Below are positions 31,791 through 41,242 of a stretch of 64,000 nt of DNA, piece by piece. A model generated the notes under the pieces. The model was not told where the DNA came from and made no database searches. It was given only the letters and a program-made list of their open reading frames with translations. The translations under genes and the position numbers were made by a program. Origin of the DNA: an uncultured Planctomycetia bacterium (lineage in GTDB: Bacteria > Omnitrophota > Gorgyraeia > Duberdicusellales > 4484-171). The stretch is taken from assembly GCA_964489445.1 (NCBI GenBank), contig CAZAYU010000004.1:189-64188 (forward strand), read 5' to 3'. Position 1 is the stretch's first letter. The number at the start of each line of letters is the position of its first letter.

Positions 31791-33041
31791 CTAATCCCTA
31801 ACTTGTCCATTTCCGGTTGCTACCCATTTGTAAGTAGTTAGCTCTTCTAAACCCATCGGACCCCGAGCATGTAGTTTATCCGTGGAAATACCTATTTCTG
31901 CTCCTAAACCAAACTGAAACCCATCACTGAAACGAGTAGAAATATTCACAAAGCAACAAGCCGAATCTATTTCTCTTGTGAACGTCTTAGCATTATCTTT
32001 ATTTTCTGTAATAATTGTATCAGTATGATGAGAACCATATGTATTAATATGTTTTACAGCTGCCTTTATATTGCTAACTATCTTAATCGCAACAATTAAA
32101 TCCAGATATTCAGCAAACCAATCTTCTTCGGTGGCTTTTTCTGCCTGAGGGATAATCTTTCTTGCCTGGTTGCAGGCACGAACAATAACTCCACTTGAAT
32201 CAAATTCTTTCATTAGCGCTGGAATGAATTCTCTTGCTATCTCTTTATGGACTAAAATAGTCTCTGCAGCATTACAAACTGAAGGCCTTTGAGTTTTAGC
32301 ATTAATACATATCTTTAAAGCTTTACGAATATTTGCACTTTTATCTACAAAAATATGACAAACGCCTTTATAGTGTTTTATAACCGGAATTCGGGAATTT
32401 TCTACCACTGTACGGATTAATGACTCTCCTCCTCTGGGAATAACTAAATCAATATACTCGTCTGCTTTGAGCAATTCATGGATAATTTTCCTATCCGTTT
32501 TTTCCACTACAAAAAACACCGGAAAATTAATTCCACTTAGCTTTAAAGCTTTTTTTAGCACTAAGCCTATTGCCTTGTTAGAGCAAACAGCATTTCTCCC
32601 GCCTCTTAGAATACCGACATTAGAAGTTTTGAACAACAGCCCCGCACAATCAGCCGTTACATTCGGGCGAGCCTCATAAACAATTAATACTACTCCCAAC
32701 GGAACTCTAACTTTTTTTATTCTTATCCCGTTAGATTTTTGATAATCAGAGATTACTTTGCCTACCGGATCCGGCAGAAATGATACTTCTTTTAGCGAAA
32801 CACTCATTTCTTTTAATCTTTTATCCGTTAACTTCAAACGATCAATAAGATTGGCTTTTAAATTATTTTTTACAGCCTTTTTGATATCCTTTTCATTTTC
32901 CTTTATAATAAACTCTCTATTGTCCATAATTGCTTTAGACATATTCTTTAAAGCGTTATTCTTCTGACGTGTAGTTAGCTGAGCCAGTAAATAGCTTGAC
33001 TGTTTAGCTTGGTTTATTATTTTATTTACATAATCACTCAT
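31791..33041 (-). CDS. proA: Gamma-glutamyl phosphate reductase
   Basis: YEARPNVT, PRGG, SVCNAAE, HARGPMGL. Confidence 0.97.
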   Translation of the reverse strand: MSDYVNKIINQAKQSSYLLAQLTTRQKNNALKNMSKAIMDNREFIIKENEKDIKKAVKNNLKANLIDRLKLTDKRLKEMSVSLKEVSFLPDPVGKVISDYQKSNGIRIKKVRVPLGVVLIVYEARPNVTADCAGLLFKTSNVGILRGGRNAVCSNKAIGLVLKKALKLSGINFPVFFVVEKTDRKIIHELLKADEYIDLVIPRGGESLIRTVVENSRIPVIKHYKGVCHIFVDKSANIRKALKICINAKTQRPSVCNAAETILVHKEIAREFIPALMKEFDSSGVIVRACNQARKIIPQAEKATEEDWFAEYLDLIVAIKIVSNIKAAVKHINTYGSHHTDTIITENKDNAKTFTREIDSACCFVNISTRFSDGFQFGLGAEIGISTDKLHARGPMGLEELTTYKWVATGNGQVRD

Positions 33042-33051
33042 AATTTTTTAA

Positions 33052-34095
33052 TTAATTTGACCGGACAAAATCGTTTCGATGGATAACTTCCTTAACAAAT
33101 TTTTTACTTTTAATGTCTGTTAAATCTTCACAAGAATAATTAATTAACCCACTCCCAACCATCAGGCCTTGTTCATCTAAGATAATAACAGCATCTCGTT
33201 TTTTAAAAAATCCTTCCACTTTTACTATTCCTACACCTAATAAACTTTTTCCATTATTAATAATTGCTTCTTTAGCTCCGGCATCAATAAAGATAACACC
33301 TTTTGGTTTTTTGCTAAACGCTATCCATCTTTTCCTAGCTTTATGCTTTTTTTTATCGGCAACAAATAAAGTGCCCAAAGATTCCCTATTGATAAGGCGC
33401 GACACCACTTCTTTTTCCTTTCCGCAAGCAATTACCGTTTCAACACCTGAAGAAACAGCTACCTTAACCGCTTGCAACTTAGCAATCATCCCCCCAGCAG
33501 TATGAGTTTTGTCTTCTTTCCTTGCCAAAGAAAGTATTTCCACCCCAATACGCTCTACTCTCGGAATAACCTCTTCGCCCTTCTGTAACCCTTGAACATC
33601 GGAAAGAATAATCAACTTGTCAGCTTCAATCAAACCAGCTACTAAAGCCGAAAGACGATCGTTGTCGCCAAAGCAAATTTCCTCACATGATATCACATCA
33701 TTCTCGTTAATAACTGGAATAACGTTCATGGTTAATAGCTTATCGATTGTTTTTTGGATATTTATAAAACGCTTACGATTATCAAAATCATCCCAGGTAA
33801 GCAAAACCTGAGCACAAGCCCGTTTATATTTTTTGAATGCCCGGTTAAATACATCCATCAAAATAATCTGCCCAATTGACGAAATTGCCATTAAAGAACA
33901 AACATCTGCCGGTTTACGCTTATGCCCTAATATGTGCAGTCCACAGGCGATAGCTCCGGAACTTACTAAAACAACTTTAGTTTTTTTGTCTTCCGCTTTA
34001 AGAACATCTTTAACCAGTTTATTAACTAGCAAAGAGTCAATTTTCCCTTTGGGGGCAATAATGCTGCTACCAATCTTGACTATTATTTTTTTCAT
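33052..34095 (-). CDS. proB: Glutamate 5-kinase with PUA domain
   Basis: KIGSS, SSGAI, INEND, FGDNDRL, GGM..K. Confidence 0.96.
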   Translation of the reverse strand: MKKIIVKIGSSIIAPKGKIDSLLVNKLVKDVLKAEDKKTKVVLVSSGAIACGLHILGHKRKPADVCSLMAISSIGQIILMDVFNRAFKKYKRACAQVLLTWDDFDNRKRFINIQKTIDKLLTMNVIPVINENDVISCEEICFGDNDRLSALVAGLIEADKLIILSDVQGLQKGEEVIPRVERIGVEILSLARKEDKTHTAGGMIAKLQAVKVAVSSGVETVIACGKEKEVVSRLINRESLGTLFVADKKKHKARKRWIAFSKKPKGVIFIDAGAKEAIINNGKSLLGVGIVKVEGFFKKRDAVIILDEQGLMVGSGLINYSCEDLTDIKSKKFVKEVIHRNDFVRSN

Positions 34096-34322
34096 TGTCT
34101 ATTTATTTGATTAATCTGATAAATACCACAAAATATATTATTAATTATTACAAAACTTTTATCTGCTTTTTAAAAAAAGTCTTTTTCTTTTCCCTTATTC
34201 TACCAAGTTTACTATGTAAGTAAACTCAATTATCAGCGGAAGTTAATACTTAATGCCCTTTTAGATTGAAACCAATTAAAAAAATACACTTACAAAGATT
34301 ATAACCTATTGATAGAGTAAGA

Positions 34323-34646
34323 CTAAGATTTTTTTGAAGAATCAGCAATAATTCGCTTAATCTTTATTTTGGTGTGGATTTGACGATGCCCTTGTTTTTT
34401 GCGGTATTTTTTACGACGATTAAATTTATAAACAATGATTTTTTTCGCTTTATTTTCCCCTTCGACTTGAGCTTCAACTGTAACTTTGTCTAAATAAGGA
34501 GTACCGATACTTACCTGTTCGCCATCAGCAAGCAAAAGCACCTTGTCGAAAGAGATTTCACCTTCAGCATCCAAGCGCTCAACCTCTATGCTGTCTCCTT
34601 CCTTGACTAAATATTGTTTTTTACCTATTTCTACTACTGCTAACAT
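34323..34646 (-). CDS. rplU: 50S ribosomal protein L21
   Basis: GKKQYLV, IGTPY, RKKQGHRQ. Confidence 0.96.
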   Translation of the reverse strand: MLAVVEIGKKQYLVKEGDSIEVERLDAEGEISFDKVLLLADGEQVSIGTPYLDKVTVEAQVEGENKAKKIIVYKFNRRKKYRKKQGHRQIHTKIKIKRIIADSSKKS

Positions 34647-34655
34647 AAGAGCAAA

Positions 34656-34684
34656 ATATTAACACATCAATAAGCAGACGTCAA
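34656..34684 (-). promoter_or_regulatory. Promoter implying a leaderless or near-leaderless rplU mRNA
   Basis: TTGACG-17 nt-TAATAT with TGn; only 9 nt between -10 box and ATG, no SD. Confidence 0.55.
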
Positions 34685-34754
34685 GTATTTCTTAATAAAC
34701 AAAAAAAAATCCGTAAGCTGCGTTTTTTTAAAAAAACCCGTGTTCTTTATGAAT

Positions 34755-34976
34755 TTAAACCTGTTCTACGCTTTTTATTTCCGGTATTAATTCTTTTATT
34801 TTTTTCTCAATACCCATTTTAAGCGTATAGGTACTCATCGGACAGCTTCCGCAGGCACCAGTTAATTTAACTTTAACAATTCCATCGTCAGTAACTTCTA
34901 CCAACTCCACATTTCCACCATCAGCTTGTAGCGCCGGTCTAATTTCTTCTAATGCTTTTTCCACTTTCTCTTTCAT
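34755..34976 (-). CDS. NifU C-terminal domain (Nfu-type) Fe-S carrier
   Basis: [19 protein letters not shown] CxxC; ATG 34976 with AAGGAGG SD. Confidence 0.92.
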   Translation of the reverse strand: MKEKVEKALEEIRPALQADGGNVELVEVTDDGIVKVKLTGACGSCPMSTYTLKMGIEKKIKELIPEIKSVEQV

Positions 34977-35138
34977 ATCAACCTCCTTAATGAGACTAAC
35001 CATTTTTCGAAGAAAAATGTTTAGTCGAATTGGCCCACCACTTTAAGAGGCGGGATACGTTAGTAATTAAAATCCCCATACTTATTGCTTCTTTTTTAAA
35101 AAAACAGAAAAAGAAATAGTACACATCTCTACCTATTC

Positions 35139-36248
35139 TTAAAAAGCATCTTCAAGCATTTTTTCTTCCAGTTTTTTAATCTCATTTTTAATTATTTCTG
35201 GAAGAGCTAAAATATTAACATCCATGAATCCGCGGACAATAGTTGACTGTGCTTCAGAGGCAGTCATTCCTCGAGAGCACAAATAGTCTATTTCTTCTTT
35301 ATTAATCTTACCAATAGCCGCCTCATGAGATAGATCAACATCCTGCAAATCAGTTTCTAGCTCCGGAATTGCATGAATTCCTCCTTTTTCCGATAACACC
35401 AAACCTCTGCATTCCAAATGTCCTTTTGTATTCTTTTCTCCAGCCTTAAGGTGACCACGGGCAATAATTTTTCCACCCACACTTACTGCACGAGAAATAA
35501 TTTCCCCTTGCCCTCCCTCGGCGTTCAGAATAATTCGAGAACCAATATCTTGAACAGAATCCGGGTAAGAAAGAATTAAAGAATTGAAACTAACTCTTCC
35601 ATTTCTTCCGGAGATAATTGCTGTAGGATACATTACTACTTCCTTGACTGGCTTAAGACAAACATAATTAGAAACAAAAGTTCCGTTTTCTTTTACTACT
35701 GCAACACTCATCGGCTTAACAGAAGTATCCTCTCTAAAATTATGAATCATTGTGAAATTCAAATAAGCTCCCTTTTCCACATAAAATTCAGAAATTCCTA
35801 AATGAAATCCTTCTTTAGCTGCCCGAGACGCAGAACAACCAGTGATCAAATTCACCTTTGCTCCTTCTTCAACAATAACCAGATTATGAACTTTCTGTTT
35901 AAATCCTTGCGCCTTAAGAAATAAGCACGCCTGTATCGGCAATTCTACTGTCTTTCCTTTTTTTATTCTAATAAAGTATCCACCCTCAATATTTTTCGGA
36001 TATTCTTTGCCTAACAATCGGAAAGACTCACCTAAATATTTTCGGGCTCCAGAATCATTGGCCAACGCTTCTTTAATATCTAAAATATCTACCGATCCGG
36101 AAAGGCTACGTGACAGGAGCACTTCGGCATCTTTTTGAAAGAAAGTTGCCGAACGTTCTTTTTCTTGAAAATCCATTCCCGAAAAAGCTATTTTTTCTTT
36201 ATCTTGAGAATCAATATGTCTATCTATACCTTCTGCTGCCATTGACAC
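35139..36248 (-). CDS. SufB/D-family Fe-S scaffold (SmsB-like)
   Basis: GHLECRGL, PELE, LSHEAAIGKI, YLCSRG; short single-gene form. Confidence 0.9.
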   Translation of the reverse strand: MSMAAEGIDRHIDSQDKEKIAFSGMDFQEKERSATFFQKDAEVLLSRSLSGSVDILDIKEALANDSGARKYLGESFRLLGKEYPKNIEGGYFIRIKKGKTVELPIQACLFLKAQGFKQKVHNLVIVEEGAKVNLITGCSASRAAKEGFHLGISEFYVEKGAYLNFTMIHNFREDTSVKPMSVAVVKENGTFVSNYVCLKPVKEVVMYPTAIISGRNGRVSFNSLILSYPDSVQDIGSRIILNAEGGQGEIISRAVSVGGKIIARGHLKAGEKNTKGHLECRGLVLSEKGGIHAIPELETDLQDVDLSHEAAIGKINKEEIDYLCSRGMTASEAQSTIVRGFMDVNILALPEIIKNEIKKLEEKMLEDAF

Positions 36249-36943
36249 CCCTTACATTTCTCGTATCCTGATTCTCGGACACTGTTAAATATTTCTTTTG
36301 GCTTGCCTTTACACCAAAGTTTTCCTTCAAACATTACACACCCTTTTTCGCTATTAACGTAATCTAGGATGTATCCGGTGTGCGTAATTATTATAGCTGA
36401 TTTATGGGAATTTTTTAAGTATTCATCTAGCACTTTTCCCATTATTGATATATTTTCAATATCTACTCCGGATTCCGGTTCGTCAAGAAGAAGAAAGTCA
36501 GCATCTTGAAGAATAAGCTGAAATAACTCTGCCCGTTTCATTTCTCCACCCGAAAAATTAACATTCAACTCTCGTTGTAAATGATCTTCTAACGCAAGCT
36601 TTTGCGCTAATACCTTTATTTTTTGCTGGTCTGAACACAAAAACTGAGCAATTTGAATAAGCTTAACTCCTCGTATTTTCGGAGGGTATTGATGCATTAT
36701 TCCCAATCCTCTCTTTACTCTCTCAGTAATTGATAAATGACTTATTTCTTTCCCCTTAAAGATTACCTCTCCTTTGTCTAGAGAACAGCTTCCTAATCCA
36801 ATAATTGCCTTTATTAATGTCGATTTACCGCTTCCGTTAGGGCCAAAAAGAGATAACACCTCTCCTTCTTTTACTGAAAAAGTAACATTATCAACTATTT
36901 TTTTGCTCCCAGCAGTAATTGTAGCATTTTTTATTTTTAACAT
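36224..36943 (-). CDS. SufC-family ABC ATPase (SmsC-like)
   Basis: GPNGSGKS, FSGGE.KR, DEPESG, ITH; C-terminal CKGC. Confidence 0.9.
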   Translation of the reverse strand: MLKIKNATITAGSKKIVDNVTFSVKEGEVLSLFGPNGSGKSTLIKAIIGLGSCSLDKGEVIFKGKEISHLSITERVKRGLGIMHQYPPKIRGVKLIQIAQFLCSDQQKIKVLAQKLALEDHLQRELNVNFSGGEMKRAELFQLILQDADFLLLDEPESGVDIENISIMGKVLDEYLKNSHKSAIIITHTGYILDYVNSEKGCVMFEGKLWCKGKPKEIFNSVRESGYEKCKGCQWQQKV

Positions 36944-37373
36944 GTTACCTTCCTTATCTATATCATTGCTGCAACCTGCAAATTAAATCACTCAAGCTCA
37001 ATGCTCTTCTATCAAATATGCTTAGCTACAGTACCCTTCTCTTACAGATAAGACTTCATTGATATTTCCGCATTCTATATATACTATCTTCGTTGCATTG
37101 GTCAAGGATTATTTTCTTTACACTCCTATTAACTTGATTTGAAACAATTTTTGCACATTATTTCTCTTTATAGCATAAGATATATTTTGCTTGAAAAAGT
37201 ATTTGAATATGATATAAATTATAATATAGTTATAAGTTATTCATTTAATGGAACGGTATTATCACAACGCAAAAAGAGGAGGAAAAACATAGATAATAAA
37301 GAAAACGTTAGTAAACGTTAAAATTGAAAAGGATATTTTTTTGTGTGAACTTGTTTAAAAGGAGAAAAAAGTA

Positions 37374-37688
37374 ATGGAAGAAGAAAAGAAAATCTATATC
37401 GGCAACTTAGAATTCGGCCTCAGTGAAGAAGAATTAAAAAAAATAATTGAAGAAAAAGGCGTAAGCGTAAAAGAAGTAAAAATTATCAAAGACAAATATA
37501 CTGGCAGATCTAAAGGTTTTGGATTTGCAGAATTTGAAACCGAAGAGCAAACCCAGCAAGCAATAGATGCTTTAAACGGCCAGGATTTGAACGGAAGAGC
37601 ATTGAGAGTAAACAAAGCTCAAAAGATGCGCCCAAGAAGTGATAATTTTGGCGGCGGAAGCGGCGGCGGACAAAACTCCAGATATTAA
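37374..37688 (+). CDS. RRM (RNP-1) RNA-binding protein with Gly-rich tail
   Basis: RNP2 IYIGNL, RNP1 KGFGFAEF; SD AAGGAG. Confidence 0.95.
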   Translation: MEEEKKIYIGNLEFGLSEEELKKIIEEKGVSVKEVKIIKDKYTGRSKGFGFAEFETEEQTQQAIDALNGQDLNGRALRVNKAQKMRPRSDNFGGGSGGGQNSRY

Positions 37689-37693
37689 TACAT

Positions 37694-37740
37694 AAAAAAC
37701 GGACAGAAGAAATTACCGTTCCCTTCTGTCCGTTTTTTTT
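37694..37740. terminator. Bidirectional terminator between RRM gene and batE
   Basis: AAAAAACGGACAGAAG...CTTCTGTCCGTTTTTT between convergent genes. Confidence 0.85.
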
Positions 37741-38519
37741 TATATTCTTTCTAATTGTCTTTTTTTAATCCAACCAACTTTATCGTCAGCACGTTTTATT
37801 TTAAACCAACCATCACCCGTTGAAATTATTTCTACCTCCATTCCTTCATAAAGATTAAAGTAAACCGCCGCGCTGGCAAATGGTTCAAATTTAGCTTCTA
37901 CGGTTTCTTCTATAATAACCGCATTCTTATTCGAATAGAATATACGCTGGGAAAGAAAACCAATGCTAATCAGAAAAGCAATTCCTAAAATCGTAACCAG
38001 GCCCGATAATTTTAATCTAGACATTTTCGTTATACACCCCAGCCCCAACACAATAATCAATAAAATATAGATAAGAAATAAAAACACCGTTAACCCATCA
38101 ATCGTAAACTGATTAAAAAAACTATTGGCAAATTTTGTTATCCACGATTGAGAAGAAGCAACAACACTTCTTTTTATTAACGATTTAGCATACTTATAAT
38201 TTGCCTGTAAATCTCTATCTCTGGGAATCAATCTCTTAGCGCGAGCATAATTTAAAATAGTTTTTCCTAGATTATCTTTTTTAAAGTAACAATTACCCAG
38301 GTTGTAATAAATATTCCCGCTTTCTAAGCCTTTTTCTAGTATGCCTCTATAAGCTGAGATAGCTTCATTATAATCTCCCTGCTCGTAAAGCAGATTTGCT
38401 TTAATAAAAGCTATATCCAATGTTTTTTTCTCGAAAGCAAACCCATTAAACACAACACTGGTCAAAATTAAGCATAAAAAAATAATCTTTATCTTCCTGT
38501 TTTTTGCTTTTCTAATCAT
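37740..38519 (-). CDS. batE: BatE-like TPR + TM + SH3 protein
   Basis: TPR (YYNLGNCYFK), two TMs, C-terminal SH3-like GW motif; operon position. Confidence 0.8.
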   Translation of the reverse strand: MIRKAKNRKIKIIFLCLILTSVVFNGFAFEKKTLDIAFIKANLLYEQGDYNEAISAYRGILEKGLESGNIYYNLGNCYFKKDNLGKTILNYARAKRLIPRDRDLQANYKYAKSLIKRSVVASSQSWITKFANSFFNQFTIDGLTVFLFLIYILLIIVLGLGCITKMSRLKLSGLVTILGIAFLISIGFLSQRIFYSNKNAVIIEETVEAKFEPFASAAVYFNLYEGMEVEIISTGDGWFKIKRADDKVGWIKKRQLERI

Positions 38520-40321
38520 ATCTTTTGCTTTTGGAGAGAATTAATTATTATTTTTATCTGACGAAAAGTATTTTCCATCCCTCCGGTTCCAACATCCAAG
38601 GGAGCATAACGCGCAAAATCACACTTCTTGAATGTTTCTTCTATCTGTAACAAAACTTCTTTTTTAACATTTTTATTTTTTAAGATTTCCTTAACTTTGT
38701 CCAACACAATTTCTCCCGGAGGTAAATGAAGCTTATCCCCGAGATACTCTTGAAAAGTCTTAAACGCATCATTGTAAAACTCGTTTTGTTTATTTTGTTT
38801 TAAGTATTGCTCGACTCTTTTAAGCCCTATTTTCGCCTTCTTAAAAGCATTTATCCTTCGAGCATAACGATAATCTGATTTTATCTTTTCCCTTCGGCTA
38901 TAAAAAATCAATGTTATGCTTAAGATAATTAACGGTAGTAACCCGCTGAATAAAAATAATTTATTGTTATATAGATACATACGCTGTTTTATTATTTTTC
39001 CCGGATAATTCTTGATATAGACTATTCCTCTGCCGATTTTTTCCTTACCCAGCGGTCTTTGAGTAATATTTGAATTTTCTAATATCTTTAGTTCTCCGCC
39101 TTTTTCTAATGGTTTCACTTCTATAGATATCGGACCTTTGGATATTGTTTTGTACTGTTTATCATTAGGATTAAAAAAACTAAACTCTACTAAAGGAAGC
39201 TGGTTAGATTTATCATCCTTTGGCATAAATATTTGTTCAAACGTTTTCTGATTGTTGCCTACAGTTACTTGTGGTTTGTAAACTTTAAAATCTTCTTGAT
39301 GTCCAACCCAAGGAGTACCTACTGTATCAAAATTTCCTTGGCCAGACACAACCATTTTCATGGTAATTGGATCCCCAACATTAACGCTTGTCGGGCTAGC
39401 ATCTACATTAAATCTAAAATTACCAACTGCTCCTTTAAAACTTTTTGGTGAATTTTCCGGTAGCGGCAATACAGAAAACTTAGCTTTTCCAGATTTTATA
39501 ATTACCGGATAAGTCTGATATCTTTGAAAAAAATCATTAAATCCTCCCCTAAAAAAATCATCAAACGCTGAGTTTCCTCTTCGTTGCTGTTTCTTTTTTA
39601 CTGCAACAGACATTTGGATATTAACTGGCCCAATAGCAAATTCTCCGGATCTAGTTCCAAAAACCCTAGTATTAAATTCAACAACCCTATACGATAGTCC
39701 GTTTAAAACCTCAGAATACTGTCGGGGCTGTCCATATTCACCCACGAATAATCCATCTTGCTCAAACTGAGGATATTGGATATCGGTTGCCTGGATCCCC
39801 CGAGTGTACAGTTTTATAACTAACGGAATAACTTCTTTTAAATAAACTTTGTCTTTTGCTGGAATAATTTTTACAAGCGCTCTTTCTTCTAAATCTAAAC
39901 TATTATTTGAAGTCTGACTAGAATTAGTTCCGGTCACCGGACCGCTGACTATCTCCACATTTAAAGAATCTGATTGGTAAGCATTACCCTGATAATCAAC
40001 AGAAAAAGGTCCAATAACAAAATTTCCTATTTTTTGGGGGGTAAGAGAATAATTATGTGTCGTGGAACTAGTAACTTCTCCATTAACTACGGACATCATT
40101 GTTGACGGGCCTATATAACGTATAGTGCAATCCTGTATATCAGGAAGATTAAAATGTGATACATTTTGTGCATTATGCAATGTAAGACTTAGCTTTATGT
40201 TTGAACCTAAGGAAATTTTACTTTTATCTATTGATGCGTTAAAACTTACATCCGCAGCGTTAGTGTTTACGGAAAATAGCAAAACCAATGACAATAAAAA
40301 TATTACTTTAGCTTTCTTCAT
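38516..40321 (-). CDS. batD: BatD-like protein
   Basis: Signal peptide, repeated Ig-like segments, FKGAVG.F, C-terminal TM, RYAP. Confidence 0.82.
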   Translation of the reverse strand: MKKAKVIFLLSLVLLFSVNTNAADVSFNASIDKSKISLGSNIKLSLTLHNAQNVSHFNLPDIQDCTIRYIGPSTMMSVVNGEVTSSTTHNYSLTPQKIGNFVIGPFSVDYQGNAYQSDSLNVEIVSGPVTGTNSSQTSNNSLDLEERALVKIIPAKDKVYLKEVIPLVIKLYTRGIQATDIQYPQFEQDGLFVGEYGQPRQYSEVLNGLSYRVVEFNTRVFGTRSGEFAIGPVNIQMSVAVKKKQQRRGNSAFDDFFRGGFNDFFQRYQTYPVIIKSGKAKFSVLPLPENSPKSFKGAVGNFRFNVDASPTSVNVGDPITMKMVVSGQGNFDTVGTPWVGHQEDFKVYKPQVTVGNNQKTFEQIFMPKDDKSNQLPLVEFSFFNPNDKQYKTISKGPISIEVKPLEKGGELKILENSNITQRPLGKEKIGRGIVYIKNYPGKIIKQRMYLYNNKLFLFSGLLPLIILSITLIFYSRREKIKSDYRYARRINAFKKAKIGLKRVEQYLKQNKQNEFYNDAFKTFQEYLGDKLHLPPGEIVLDKVKEILKNKNVKKEVLLQIEETFKKCDFARYAPLDVGTGGMENTFRQIKIIINSLQKQKI

Positions 40322-40357
40322 GAATTTCTATTTTTAATCTTTACTCGCTTTGACAAC

Positions 40358-41242
40358 TCACCAGTCTTTTAGCACATCAGGATAATTCTGAGTTTTTTTC
40401 CGCTTCTGCACATCTAGAGTTTCCTCTTCTTGGCGATAATTCTCTAACAATAGTTTTGCCTCTTCTTCATTCATTTTTCTATTATCTATGGATTCTTTTT
40501 CCGAGTTACCCTCTTTGGGCTGATCTTCTTCTTTTTTTTCATTTTCCGGAGGCGCCTTTTCTTGTTTTCCTTCTTTTTTTTCTTCTGCTTTGTCAGGTTC
40601 AGAAGATTGATCTTCCTGCTTATCTTGGCTTTGGCTATCTTCCCTTTCCTCTGGCTGGTTAGTTTGTTGTTGATTTTGTTGACTTTCTTTATTGTCTTGT
40701 TTTTTCTCCTTTTTTTTAGTCTTGTCACTTTGAGAAGATTGCTGTTGTTTTAGCTGTTCTTTAAGAATCTCTATTTTTTCTTTAGTAAATTCGTAATTAA
40801 TTTTAGCATCTTTATCTTCTCCTTCAAGCTCTATCGCCCGTTTATAATAGTTTAATGAATCGCTGAGCAAATTAATAGCTTCCTGAAGATTATTTTTTTC
40901 TTTACTGCGAGCTTGCTGATATTTACTATTACCAATATTATAATTTGCTTTGGCCTCTAACTTCTTATCTTGGGAAACTAACGCTTTAGTAAAGGAACTT
41001 TCCGCTTGTTGATAATCCCCCTGTTTATAATAAGCTGCTCCTTGATCAAAGTTAACGACACCTGAATTAGGATCAATTTCTTGTGCTTCGTTGTAACGCT
41101 TTAAAGCTTCGGCAAAATTCTGTTGGTTATAAAAACTATTTCCTTTATTCACTAGCCCAGATACCGAATCAGCAAAAGCAAATTGATAAGTAAATACTAA
41201 ACAAAACAAACCAATAGTTATTACACGCCAATACAATCTCAT
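40358..41242 (-). CDS. batC: BatC-like TPR protein with Q/E/K-rich linker
   Basis: TPRs (YNIGNSKY), low-complexity region, terminal KDW. Confidence 0.8.
   Translation of the reverse strand: MRLYWRVITIGLFCLVFTYQFAFADSVSGLVNKGNSFYNQQNFAEALKRYNEAQEIDPNSGVVNFDQGAAYYKQGDYQQAESSFTKALVSQDKKLEAKANYNIGNSKYQQARSKEKNNLQEAINLLSDSLNYYKRAIELEGEDKDAKINYEFTKEKIEILKEQLKQQQSSQSDKTKKKEKKQDNKESQQNQQQTNQPEEREDSQSQDKQEDQSSEPDKAEEKKEGKQEKAPPENEKKEEDQPKEGNSEKESIDNRKMNEEEAKLLLENYRQEEETLDVQKRKKTQNYPDVLKDW

Noticed and set aside
40486-40728. Very basic 80-aa alternative-frame ORF inside batC
   Set aside because: By-product of the A-rich low-complexity Q/E/K linker; no independent expression signals.
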